This document shows positions 46,918 through 56,261 of a DNA stretch of 64,000 bases, piece after piece. The notes under the pieces are model-generated. The model had not been told where the DNA came from and made no database searches. It saw only the letters and a program-made list of their open reading frames with translations. The stretch comes from Myxococcales bacterium (lineage in GTDB: Bacteria; Myxococcota_A; UBA9042), in assembly GCA_023954815.1 (NCBI GenBank), contig JAGSHB010000003.1, positions 8,998-72,997 of the forward strand, in the 5' to 3' direction. The stretch's first letter is position 1. Every line of letters starts with the position of its first letter. Position numbers and translations under genes: made by a program.

Positions 46918-48987
46918 GTGATTCACGTTCAGAATATCGAGAAGCGGTTCGGTCCTCAGGCGCTGTTTAGTGGTCTGAGCTGGCACATCAAACGTGGCCT
47001 CCGCTACGGTTTTGTCGGGCCCAATGGCGCAGGCAAGTCGACGCTCCTCAAGATCTTGATCGGTGAAATCTCTGCAGACGGCGGTGCCGTGGTGAAGGCC
47101 AAAGGGCTGACAGTCGGCTACCTCGCTCAGGAAGTAGATCCCTTTACGTTGGGTACGGTGCAGCAGAGTGTGCTCGAAGGCGTGCCCGGGTATGGCCGTG
47201 CGCGCGATCGCGTGACGGCTGTGCAAGAGCGCATGGCTGCGGATGATGCGTACGCACAAAGTGACGCCGGATTGCGCGACTTGGGCCGGGCCATCGATCA
47301 TTTTGAAGCGTTGGGCGGAGAGGGCCTGCTTGACCGTGCCCGGGAAGCCCTGGGAGGCCTCGGATTTACCCGCGACCAGATGCTGGAGCCGGCCAGCACG
47401 CTGTCCGGTGGCTGGCTGATGCGTGCGGCCCTGGCGCGCCTGCTGGTGATGCGCCCCGACGTGCTGCTGCTCGATGAGCCGACCAACCATCTCGATCTAG
47501 AGGCGTTGTCGTGGTTTGAGAACTTCCTCGAAGGCTATCCGGGCAGCGTGGTGGCCGTCAGCCACGATCGCTTCTTCCTCGACCGCATGCCCAACCGGAT
47601 CGCCGAGTTGACGCGCACGGGGGTTCACATCCACGTCGGCGGCTACGAAGACTACCTCGCCGGCCGCGAGCAGCGTATCGCGTTGCAGGTGGCAGAAAAG
47701 GCGCGCGTCGACCGAAAACGCGCCCATCTCGAGAGCTTCGTACGGCGTTTTCGCGCCAAAGCCACCAAGGCCAAACAAGCGCAGGCGCGGGTCAAGCAGC
47801 TGGCCAAGCTCGAGGATGTGCACGTTGACTCGGACACCAAGGGCATCGGGTTTTCGTTCCCGGCTGCCGGGCGAACGGGCAAAGAGGTCTTCAGCGTCAC
47901 CAACGTCAAGAAGGTCTACGACACGGACTACGGGGAGCTGGAGGTCTACAGCGATCTCAGCCTGACCATCTCCCGCGGCAGTAAAGTGGCGCTGGTCGGT
48001 CCCAACGGCGCGGGTAAGTCGACGCTGCTGAAGATCTTGGCAGGCACCACCTCGACCCAGGCCGGCACCGTTCGGCGGGGCACGAATGTACGGCTGGAGT
48101 ACTTCGCCCAGCACCAACTCGAAGCCCTCGATCGCCGTCTGAGCGTCTACCAGGAAGCGGCTCGCGCAGCCGGTAATGACACGGTGACGATGATCCGAAA
48201 CGTGCTCGGATCGCTACTATTTCAGGGTAAGAGCGTCGACAAGAAAGTGGCGGTTTTATCAGGCGGTGAGCGTGCGCGTCTGGCCTTGGCGAAGATGGTC
48301 CTGCGCGGGCCGAGCTGCATGCTGCTCGATGAGCCAACCAACCACCTCGATTTGCTCAGCCGTGAGGTGCTCGAAGATGCCATCGCGAGATTCGATGGCA
48401 CCGTCGTCCTGGTGAGCCACGATCGCTACTTCATCAACGCGGTAGCGACCCATGTGCTCGAGGTGATGCCAGGCGGCAAGACCACGCTCTTCGAGGGCGA
48501 CTACGATGCGTACCTCTATCGAAAGTCGGGCGGTGATCCGAAGCTGATCGAGGCGCTGCTTCGCGGAGAGGCGGTCGATCTGACGGCGCCACCTGGCCCG
48601 GCCACCGCACCGCAACCCAACGCCGCAGCTGCCTTTGTCGGTGGCGGTGAGGCGCCGGCCGCCGGAGAGAGTCGCGCCGACGTCAAGGCGCGAAAACGAG
48701 CGGAAGCCCAGCGTCGCAACGAGCTGTCTCGGCGTACAAAACCCCTGAAAAAGAGGCTTTCAGCGCTGGAGAAGGATATCGGAACAGCCGAGACGCGGCT
48801 CGGAGAGATCTCTGCCGCTCAGCTCGATCCGGCGCTGTACGAAGATGCCGTGAAGGTGCGCGCGTTGACGGAAGAGCACGGTCGGCTCACCGCTCAGGTC
48901 GAAGAGGCGATGACCAAGTGGGAGGAGCTCGCCATGCGCATCGAGGTGATTGAAGAGGAAGTCACAGCTGAGTTTGACGGGGAGTAG
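46918..48987 (+). CDS. ABC-F family ATPase (Uup/EttA-like; two ABC domains plus C-terminal coiled coil)
   Basis: Two Walker A sites (GPNGAGKST twice). Two LSGGxxxR signatures. No TM domain. GGAGG 6 nt before the GTG. Confidence 0.85.
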   Translation: MIHVQNIEKRFGPQALFSGLSWHIKRGLRYGFVGPNGAGKSTLLKILIGEISADGGAVVKAKGLTVGYLAQEVDPFTLGTVQQSVLEGVPGYGRARDRVTAVQERMAADDAYAQSDAGLRDLGRAIDHFEALGGEGLLDRAREALGGLGFTRDQMLEPASTLSGGWLMRAALARLLVMRPDVLLLDEPTNHLDLEALSWFENFLEGYPGSVVAVSHDRFFLDRMPNRIAELTRTGVHIHVGGYEDYLAGREQRIALQVAEKARVDRKRAHLESFVRRFRAKATKAKQAQARVKQLAKLEDVHVDSDTKGIGFSFPAAGRTGKEVFSVTNVKKVYDTDYGELEVYSDLSLTISRGSKVALVGPNGAGKSTLLKILAGTTSTQAGTVRRGTNVRLEYFAQHQLEALDRRLSVYQEAARAAGNDTVTMIRNVLGSLLFQGKSVDKKVAVLSGGERARLALAKMVLRGPSCMLLDEPTNHLDLLSREVLEDAIARFDGTVVLVSHDRYFINAVATHVLEVMPGGKTTLFEGDYDAYLYRKSGGDPKLIEALLRGEAVDLTAPPGPATAPQPNAAAAFVGGGEAPAAGESRADVKARKRAEAQRRNELSRRTKPLKKRLSALEKDIGTAETRLGEISAAQLDPALYEDAVKVRALTEEHGRLTAQVEEAMTKWEELAMRIEVIEEEVTAEFDGE

Positions 48988-50584
48988 TGACCCGGCGCAG
49001 CACCGCAACCAGCGCTGTGATGAGCAGCAACAGGAGCATCCCTCCGCCCTGGTGCGGACTCGGCGCCGCACTGCACCCTGAGTCCTTCACACCGGTCGGC
49101 GCGCAGTCGACTTCGAGCGCATCTGCCAGCGTATCGGACGCGCCACCCAGTTCAGCCACCAACCCCTGCTTACCGAACGCCAGCCCGGACGGCACGACCG
49201 CCGTCAGTTTCGTCGGGCTGAGCACTTCAATACCAACCAGCTTCTTCCCGCCGGCTTGCAGGGTGATGCCCTCAGCGAAGCCGCCCCCAAAGATGGTGAC
49301 CTCTGTCGTGGCTTTGCTGCTCACGCACCTGGGGTCCACCAGATCGAGCGCCAATTGTCCCCGGTTGACGGTGCCGGCGTCGATGCCGGCGTCGATGGCA
49401 ACGTCCGCCGTCGGCGCCGCTTTGACCTCGACTGCTTTGTCTTTGAACCCAACCTGACCGTTGGGGTTTTCGACGACGACGGCATACTCTCCCGGCGTGA
49501 GTCCAGGCAGAACCATGGTCGTAATTTTCAGCGGCGTGACCTTGGTGACTGAGGTCTTCGACGCGCCTACTTTGACCACCGCACCGGTCTGAAAGTTCTC
49601 TCCGATGACCTCGATCTCCGTGGGCTTGTCAGCCGAAACCACGGCGGGAGTCACCAAGGAAATAACCGGCTTCGGCGGCGGTCCCGTATCGGCTGGCCCC
49701 GTATCAGCTGGCCCTGTGTCGGCGGGTCCCGTATCCGCCACACCTGTGTCCGCTGTACCGCCTGCGTCCGTGCCACCGGCGTCGGTACTGCCCGCATCAG
49801 CGGTGGTGCCACCTCCGGTACCTTTGACGCCCATACGCAGGCGGAAATCGCCCTTCATCTGAAAAATCCCGTTGTTGAGGTCTTCGACGAACCGCCACTG
49901 CTTGCCGCCGGAGCACGTACCCAGGGGCCAAACGATGTGCATCAACTGCGTCTTGGGCGTCGTCTGGGTATCCGCCAACATCGCCAGCTCTTGGCAGCCA
50001 CAGCCGATATCGATACCAGCGATGGACACCATGGCGCAGTCCGTCTTGCCCCAGTACGTGCTGAGGTCTTGGGACTTGCTCAAAATGCGCACTATGATGC
50101 GAATGTTGCCCTTGGTGATCGCCGGCGGCTTGTCTCCCGGCTTGGTGCCGGTAAATTCGTAGACCATGACCGTGTTGCCTTGAATCGGCGTGCCAGGTTT
50201 ACCAGTCAATGGATTGAAGAAGTCCTGGGTCGTGACACTCCACAGGGGCTTGGTGCTCGTGGGGGCGGATGCGTCGCTGGCGTCATTCCAAATCTCAATG
50301 GCGGCGTTGATCTTGACGTCCATCGGCGACTTTGCGGCGGCAGACGCGGCCATGATCAGCTCAACGCTGGAAATCTCGATCGGGTAGTCGCTGGGTTTCG
50401 GCCGAAACAGGACACCGAAGGCCTCCCCGGCGACAAACCCGGGATGACCGAACTGCGGGTGCATCTTTGTGCCAGCGAGGCTGCCGAGATCGTCTGGCCC
50501 GTCATCGTATTTCCAGATGACCTTCGCGTTGGCGGTACTCGCCAAGCAAAGCAAAGCCAAAACGATACAGGTGGTCCGACGCAT
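48962..50584 (-). CDS. Secreted surface protein with IPT/TIG-like domains and a C-terminal MYXO-CTERM-type sorting signal
   Basis: Signal peptide MRRTTCIVLALLCLASTANA. C-terminus DSGCSAAPSPHQGGGMLLLLLITALVAVLRRV fits GCS + hydrophobic + RR. The last 26 nt overlap the ABC-F gene convergently. Confidence 0.7.
   Translation of the reverse strand: MRRTTCIVLALLCLASTANAKVIWKYDDGPDDLGSLAGTKMHPQFGHPGFVAGEAFGVLFRPKPSDYPIEISSVELIMAASAAAKSPMDVKINAAIEIWNDASDASAPTSTKPLWSVTTQDFFNPLTGKPGTPIQGNTVMVYEFTGTKPGDKPPAITKGNIRIIVRILSKSQDLSTYWGKTDCAMVSIAGIDIGCGCQELAMLADTQTTPKTQLMHIVWPLGTCSGGKQWRFVEDLNNGIFQMKGDFRLRMGVKGTGGGTTADAGSTDAGGTDAGGTADTGVADTGPADTGPADTGPADTGPPPKPVISLVTPAVVSADKPTEIEVIGENFQTGAVVKVGASKTSVTKVTPLKITTMVLPGLTPGEYAVVVENPNGQVGFKDKAVEVKAAPTADVAIDAGIDAGTVNRGQLALDLVDPRCVSSKATTEVTIFGGGFAEGITLQAGGKKLVGIEVLSPTKLTAVVPSGLAFGKQGLVAELGGASDTLADALEVDCAPTGVKDSGCSAAPSPHQGGGMLLLLLITALVAVLRRVTTPRQTQL
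49679..49753 (-). repeat. 15-bp tandem repeat (x5) encoding (P/V)ADTG pentapeptide repeats
   Basis: Units ggtcccgtatcggct, ggccccgtatcagct, ggccctgtgtcggcg, ggtcccgtatccgcc and acacctgtgtccgct. Confidence 0.8.
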
Positions 50585-50772
50585 AGCGGGTCTCCCTCGC
50601 CGCACTGGGGGACATGCGGTCAAATGGCTAGCAACTGCGGCGACAGATGTGGGGGAGACCGCGCGCTGGGCCCATCATACGGGGAGCCACGGCCCGTAAA
50701 CAAGCGCGCCGCAGGTTGTCGCAGCCACGCCAGGGCTTGACCTGCATCCCCCTCGTCGTTGAGCCTCGGCTC

Positions 50773-51945
50773 ATGAGCTATGCGACGTGGTCAGATGTAC
50801 GGGGACACAGCGCGCAAATCGGCGTGCTCCAGCGAATTTGTGCCAGCGCGCAACCGGCCCACGCCTACCTTTTTGAAGGCCCCGACGGCGTGGGCAAGCA
50901 GATGGTGGCCTGGGCACTAGCTGCCCGTATCGCGTGTGAAGCGCCGACAGCGGACCAAGCAGCCTGCGGCGAATGTCGGTCGTGCCATTCACTGCAGCGC
51001 GGGGAGCATCCCGACCTCAAAGTGCTCAAGAAAGATGGCGCCTCGATTCGTATCGGTCAGGTCCGTGATGCGCTCAAGCCCCTGCGGTTCGAGCCGGTGT
51101 TGGGGCGCGCCAAAGTCCTGATCGTCGATGACGCCCACCTGCTGCGAGAAGAGGCCGCCAACGCGTTGCTGAAGACCCTGGAGGAGCCGCCATCGCGCAC
51201 GCACTTCATCTTGGTCACGTCACGGGCGCAGCTGCTGCTGAGCACGATTCGGTCCCGCAGCCAAGTGGTGCGTTTTGCCGAGTTGGATACCCAGGACGTG
51301 GCAGCGGTGTTGCTCGCCGAGGACCAGCCCGCAGATCTAGTGGCCATGGCAGCGCCGCTCGCCGAGGGGAGCGTCGTGCGAGGGCGGACGCTGTGCGATC
51401 CCGACTGGCTCGCTGCGATCGACAGGCTGGTGCGTTTCGTTTTGGGTCTCGGCGCCGGCAACCCGCTTCGTATCGGTGACGCGGTCGCGGGGCTAGGCGG
51501 CACGCTTGACGGTCTCAGTCTGCAGATCTCGCCCGAGCAACAGCCCATGGTCGCTGCGCCTACAGCTTCCATTTCAGAGGCGAAAGCGCTTGCACAAGCC
51601 GAGAAGAAGGGCCGGTCAGCGCCAAAGAAGCTCGCCAGCAAACCCGAATCGGGTACCCGACTCAAGGGGCTCGATCGTGTCGGGTTGAGCTGGGCGCTCG
51701 ATGTGACGACGACCGTGCTGCGCGACGCCATGTTGGTTGCGACCGGGATGGATCCGGATGAGGTGCCGCTCTCACGTCATGCGGAAGGGCTGCTCAATAT
51801 GCGCGACCGTACCCACGCTGCGGCGATCGCTAAGGCCATCGATGCCTGTCTCGCGACGGAGGCGAGCTTGGTGCTCAACCCGAATCCACGGCTGGCTCTA
51901 GAAGCGACTTGGCTGGAGGTCGACCGGGCGATTCGCCACGCCTGA
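50773..51945 (+). CDS. holB: DNA polymerase III subunit delta' (HolB) with extended C-terminal region
   Basis: Motifs HAYLFEGPDGVGK, CGECRSC and VLIVDDAHLL (sensor). About 390 aa, against roughly 330 for typical HolB. Confidence 0.8.
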   Translation: MSYATWSDVRGHSAQIGVLQRICASAQPAHAYLFEGPDGVGKQMVAWALAARIACEAPTADQAACGECRSCHSLQRGEHPDLKVLKKDGASIRIGQVRDALKPLRFEPVLGRAKVLIVDDAHLLREEAANALLKTLEEPPSRTHFILVTSRAQLLLSTIRSRSQVVRFAELDTQDVAAVLLAEDQPADLVAMAAPLAEGSVVRGRTLCDPDWLAAIDRLVRFVLGLGAGNPLRIGDAVAGLGGTLDGLSLQISPEQQPMVAAPTASISEAKALAQAEKKGRSAPKKLASKPESGTRLKGLDRVGLSWALDVTTTVLRDAMLVATGMDPDEVPLSRHAEGLLNMRDRTHAAAIAKAIDACLATEASLVLNPNPRLALEATWLEVDRAIRHA

Positions 51946-51958
51946 GCTGACAAATTCG

Positions 51959-54184
51959 TCAGGCGTCGTCGGCTTCGGGCATCAGGTGACCAAATAGGGC
52001 CTCGTGAAGCTCCATCTTGACCTGACCACAGTTGTCCGGGCGGTGCTCGGGCTGCTTTTCAAGGCAGTGCATAATCACCTTGATCACATCAGGTGAAATA
52101 TCGGGGTTGTACTGCAGCGGATCGGGGACCGGCTCTAGCGCGTGGGCCACAAAGATGTTGCCCTCAGAAAACGGCAGGCGCCCGGTGAACATCCGGTACA
52201 AGATCACACCCAACGCGTAGATGTCCGCCTTGTGATTGACCGACGAGCCATCGATCTGCTCGGGCGCCATGTAGTACGGCGTGCCCGCGAGCACACTCTG
52301 CTCGCCAAATCCGTCATCGAACGCGCGCGCCAAGCCAAAGTCGAGCAGCTTCGCTGTACCATCCACAGCGATGAGAATGTTGTCGGGTTTGATGTCCCGG
52401 TGGAGCATGCCGCGGCTATGGGCGTGGTCGAGCGCGGCGGATATCTGCTCGATCACGCTCATCAAGAAGATGCGGTCGGTCACCGGTTGATTCGCTGGCA
52501 GGTGCGCCGTGAGCGGCAACCCCTCCACGTACTCCATCGAGTACCACGGCACGCCCTCTTCGTTGCCCATGTCGTAGATGTGCACGATGTTGGTGTGGCT
52601 CAGGCTGGCCGCCATCTTGATCTCACGCTCGAAGTAGCGCTTGGCGACGTCGGAGGGCATCGCCCCGTCGAGCATGAACTTCAACACAACGACACGGCTG
52701 AGCATGGTGTCGGTGGCACGAAAAACGACGCCGTTGCCGCCCTGGCCAAGTCGCTCCAAACCGGAGTAGCGACGCGAGAGACTCGGCGGCACACCCTCGG
52801 GCCAACCGTCGGGGCCCACTTCGATACCGACCTGCTTTTGCGGTCCCTCAACGACCTTGCCTTCGACGTACGCGACCGTGCCTTCGGAGAAGTTCTGCGT
52901 CGCCTCCGCCTCGATAGCGCTGGTGACCAATGGGCGCCGGCCACCGGTGTCGGGGGTCAGGAAGGGCAGCTCGTTGTCTTCGCCCTCCGGCATCTCGAAA
53001 AACTGTTGCCGCAGCCCCTCGTACCAAACGGTCTCAGTTGAGTTGGTGTCGATGAGGTCAACGATCTGCTGCAAAAGCACACGGCCGAGGCGAGGCTGCA
53101 CCAGATCGACACACAATTCGGCGGCGCGTCGGGTGGTGTGAATCCGTTGTTCCGGCGCCTGGTGGGCCTTCAGCAGGCGATAGAGATTGTGCAGCGCCCC
53201 CTTAGCATCGCCCTGCTGCTCGCGTAGGTCAGCGGCGAGCTGCATCGCTTCGGCAAACTGCTCGTCGGTCGTCGGCACACTCTCGGCGACCCGCAGGGCC
53301 TCTTCCATCTCACCGCGCGCGGCACGCAGCTTGACCACGGCGACGCGATCGCCGGCCTTGCTGAGGCAGCCGATGGCATTTTCAACCTGTCCGGCCTTTG
53401 ACCACATCCGCGCGGCATCACGAAATTGTCCCTGCTGTTCGAGCAACTGCGCGGCTTCTGCTCGCTGGCCGCCCTTGCCGAGTCGTTGCGCAGCCTCTTT
53501 GTGCCGACCGAGTCGCTGGAGCACCTTCGCGACGAGCACGACATCGCCGCCCTCTTCGAACGCCGTGAGGGCGCGCTCCCAGTTCTCCAACTTCGCCCAC
53601 GTCTTGCCCGCCGCGTCCCATTCACCTTTTGATTCACGCACTTCTGCGCTGAGTTCTAGGGCTTTTTGCGGCTCACCGGCTTTGCGGTACATCTCGACGG
53701 CATCTGCCTTTCGACCGGCTTTCACCAGCAGCATCGCCGCCTTGAGGTAGTTGTTGTGGCGCACTGCCAGCTTCGCGGCTTCCACGAATTGGCCGGACTT
53801 CTCAAGCGCTTCCAGCAGACCGCGATCATCGTCGCAATGGCGTAGGCAGAATGCAGCGCTGTCCCAATCCTTAGCATCGGCGAAGCAGTCCGCAGCCTTT
53901 TGCCACTTTTCGGCTTTGCGCCACGCCCGGCCGGCGTCAAGCTTTCTACCCTGGGACTCGAATAGTTCGGCGGCGCGCTTGTACAGCTTGTGGTCCATCG
54001 CGAGGCGCGCTGCCTTGAGCTTGTCGCCCTTGTCGATGGCCTTTTGGACCGCTCGCTCGCCTTTCGTATCTTCCTGTCGAGACAGGCGCTTTACCCACCA
54101 CTGAATGGCAAATCCGCCGCCAATGAGCACGATGCCGGCGACGATGAAGCTGATGGTGCGGGGAGTGAGGACAGATGGGTCCAT
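51959..54184 (-). CDS. Membrane-anchored TPR-like repeat protein with a C-terminal Ser/Thr kinase domain
   Basis: Start MDPSVL... with a TM segment (ISFIVAGIVLIGGGFAI). Helical repeat region. Kinase motifs GQGGNGVVF, VLK, HRDIKPDNI, DFGLA and GTPYYMAPE in the last ~280 aa. Confidence 0.85.
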   Translation of the reverse strand: MDPSVLTPRTISFIVAGIVLIGGGFAIQWWVKRLSRQEDTKGERAVQKAIDKGDKLKAARLAMDHKLYKRAAELFESQGRKLDAGRAWRKAEKWQKAADCFADAKDWDSAAFCLRHCDDDRGLLEALEKSGQFVEAAKLAVRHNNYLKAAMLLVKAGRKADAVEMYRKAGEPQKALELSAEVRESKGEWDAAGKTWAKLENWERALTAFEEGGDVVLVAKVLQRLGRHKEAAQRLGKGGQRAEAAQLLEQQGQFRDAARMWSKAGQVENAIGCLSKAGDRVAVVKLRAARGEMEEALRVAESVPTTDEQFAEAMQLAADLREQQGDAKGALHNLYRLLKAHQAPEQRIHTTRRAAELCVDLVQPRLGRVLLQQIVDLIDTNSTETVWYEGLRQQFFEMPEGEDNELPFLTPDTGGRRPLVTSAIEAEATQNFSEGTVAYVEGKVVEGPQKQVGIEVGPDGWPEGVPPSLSRRYSGLERLGQGGNGVVFRATDTMLSRVVVLKFMLDGAMPSDVAKRYFEREIKMAASLSHTNIVHIYDMGNEEGVPWYSMEYVEGLPLTAHLPANQPVTDRIFLMSVIEQISAALDHAHSRGMLHRDIKPDNILIAVDGTAKLLDFGLARAFDDGFGEQSVLAGTPYYMAPEQIDGSSVNHKADIYALGVILYRMFTGRLPFSEGNIFVAHALEPVPDPLQYNPDISPDVIKVIMHCLEKQPEHRPDNCGQVKMELHEALFGHLMPEADDA

Positions 54185-54492
54185 GGGTGCTGAGTGGCTC
54201 CGAGGGGGGGGGCAACGCCTGCCCACACTATACCACTGTTCGGATAATGACGAGTTTGAGCGGCTGAACTTTGAACCGCCCCGTCACGCTGTAACCGTGG
54301 CGGTCAGTCTATCGGCTCGATCGTTCGTGCTGGAACGATCTCCGTTGGCGGCGCCATTAGCGCGTCGGGGCGATCACCTGAGCGAGCGAAGGCGCCCACG
54401 GCAATTGGAGGTGTGAAGATCAGCAAGCTCGCAGCAGGGACCGGAACGTCAACGGCGCTGGAGCCGGCGTTCAAGTTGGCTAGCGAGATGGG

Positions 54493-54963
54493 CTAGCGAT
54501 TGACGACGAGCGTGCGCTGACCATCTGCAAAGACAACCGTGGCCTTGGTGCCCATCACCTCGTGGATGACGCCGGGGCCGAAGACCTTGTGGCCGATGAC
54601 CAACCCCGTCACCGCTTCGATTTTGGCATTGTAGGGGGTGCCGGTCGCAGGATCGCGATCGGCAAGCAGGCGCTCGTAGCGCTCGCGGGCGAGGGTCTCT
54701 TCGTCCTTACGCGGGAGGGCGCGGCGGCTGCCCACAGTCTTCTTCTTCGTCGCGGTTCCACCGGCCTTCTTGGTGGCTGCTGCCTTTGACAGGCGGTACT
54801 TGCGCTCTGAGCCACACGTATTGCACTTCACGCGGGCGGGCACGTCGCCAACCATCGCCAAGATGGTGTGAGCGAGTTCCGCTTTGCACTTGGTGCAGCG
54901 GGTATCGATGTCGCGGCCAACGGCGGGCACGGTGTCACTTTTGCGCAGGCGATGAAGGCTCAT
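54493..54963 (-). CDS. MJ0042-type zinc-ribbon domain protein
   Basis: RBS AGGAG 6 nt before the ATG. Motif CTKCKAELAH...VKCNTCGSERKY. The longer ORF-track N-terminus is probably non-coding. Confidence 0.55.
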   Translation of the reverse strand: MSLHRLRKSDTVPAVGRDIDTRCTKCKAELAHTILAMVGDVPARVKCNTCGSERKYRLSKAAATKKAGGTATKKKTVGSRRALPRKDEETLARERYERLLADRDPATGTPYNAKIEAVTGLVIGHKVFGPGVIHEVMGTKATVVFADGQRTLVVNR

Positions 54964-55295
54964 GGAAGGCTCCTGAGACGATGATGTGAAGAGTTGGGGG
55001 CGAACTGGGGCCGGGCAAAACGCGAGCCGACCGGAGGGGCCGCGAACCATAGCCGTGGTCGCCGCGCACAGCAAGCATCTTTGGGCGTAGGGCGGCACAT
55101 TCGCTGGACTCAAGGGCTGGGGTTTTCGGTTGGGTGCGCTCACAATACGCGGAATTGTTGGCCGAGTCAGCGACTTTAACTGTCGTGCCCAAGTTCGCGC
55201 CGCGATGTCCCTTGTCGGCCTGCGTTGGCCGGCGCTACCATCGCCGCGGCATCGCATCTTCGCCGCCCCGCGTCTTTCCTCTAAGGAGGTTGTTC

Positions 55296-55823
55296 ATGTT
55301 GTCCCAGTCTACCGTTCGGCGATCCATCGTCCGGCGCTCGTTTGTCCAGCGAGTGGCGCTGATTTTGGTCCTCAGCTTTGGTCTCGCCGGTTGCGATGCA
55401 CTCAAAATGACGGTCGACAAGGTGCGGATGAAGCTCATCGGTATCACGGTCACCGATCCGGAGCGCGAGTCAGCCGAGTGGGTGTTGATGCAGGCGATTG
55501 AAGCCGCTGCCGACAAGAACGCCGAGCGCGGTTGGGAGAAGTTTCAGAAGGTCCTGCACACCTCCGAGCGGTCTCCCAACGCCTTGCGCAGCTGGTACAC
55601 CGGCGCGTGGCCTCGCATGCGGCGCCAGGTGTCGGACTACGACATCAACGGCGACGGCAGCTTTAAGATCGTCAACGTCAAGGAGATGGTGAAATCCTCG
55701 GGCGGCACCGCTGGCCTGGAGTTCTATATCGTCAGTCGAAAAAAGGAGATGCCGACGCCCTGCGCTGTGTATCTCGATGAAAACCATGACGACAAGTGGC
55801 GAATTCGTCGCTGCAGCCTGTGA
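55296..55823 (+). CDS. Hypothetical lipoprotein
   Basis: Strong RBS TAAGGAGGT 5 nt before the ATG. Signal and lipobox LILVLSFGLAGC. Confidence 0.65.
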   Translation: MLSQSTVRRSIVRRSFVQRVALILVLSFGLAGCDALKMTVDKVRMKLIGITVTDPERESAEWVLMQAIEAAADKNAERGWEKFQKVLHTSERSPNALRSWYTGAWPRMRRQVSDYDINGDGSFKIVNVKEMVKSSGGTAGLEFYIVSRKKEMPTPCAVYLDENHDDKWRIRRCSL

Positions 55824-55829
55824 GGAATC

Positions 55830-56261
55830 GTGCTGCGAGTCGCCCTTGAACGCGGATTATCCGCCCTTGTTGCCCGGTGGATGCTGGAGGGTCGCGCCGA
55901 TGCGGTCCTCGATCGGGTGATGCAGTCTGGCGCACTGTCGGCCGTAGAAGTCGAGAAATTGCGCAAACAGACCCTCGCACGGCTGCATCAAGTCAGCGAA
56001 GACGGCGCGCCTTATGCCGATATGGTGGGTGCGGCGCTGAGCGGTATGCGGACGGCCTTGCCGGATGTCGCCCAAGTCTTGCGCTCCACCGATGCTGGCA
56101 GCGCACGCGTGATCGCAGCTGCCGTTGCTGACGAACTCGCCCGGCGTGCAGCCGAGGCGGCCCGTTCAGCAGCCGAACAATGGCAGGCACCTGCCGAATC
56201 GACGGACGCTAAGGTCGAAAAACCAGCGGAAGATGAGTCGAAGGACGCGGAGATGTCATGA
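55830..56261 (+). CDS. Hypothetical Ala-rich protein
   Basis: ORF whose stop overlaps the ubiB-like start (ATGA). No recognizable domain. Confidence 0.4.
   Translation: MLRVALERGLSALVARWMLEGRADAVLDRVMQSGALSAVEVEKLRKQTLARLHQVSEDGAPYADMVGAALSGMRTALPDVAQVLRSTDAGSARVIAAAVADELARRAAEAARSAAEQWQAPAESTDAKVEKPAEDESKDAEMS

Noticed and set aside
55134-55295. 54-codon N-terminal extension of the lipoprotein ORF
   Set aside because: The strong RBS TAAGGAGGT sits immediately before the internal ATG at 55296, which yields a canonical lipoprotein signal. The upstream part lacks signal-peptide character.
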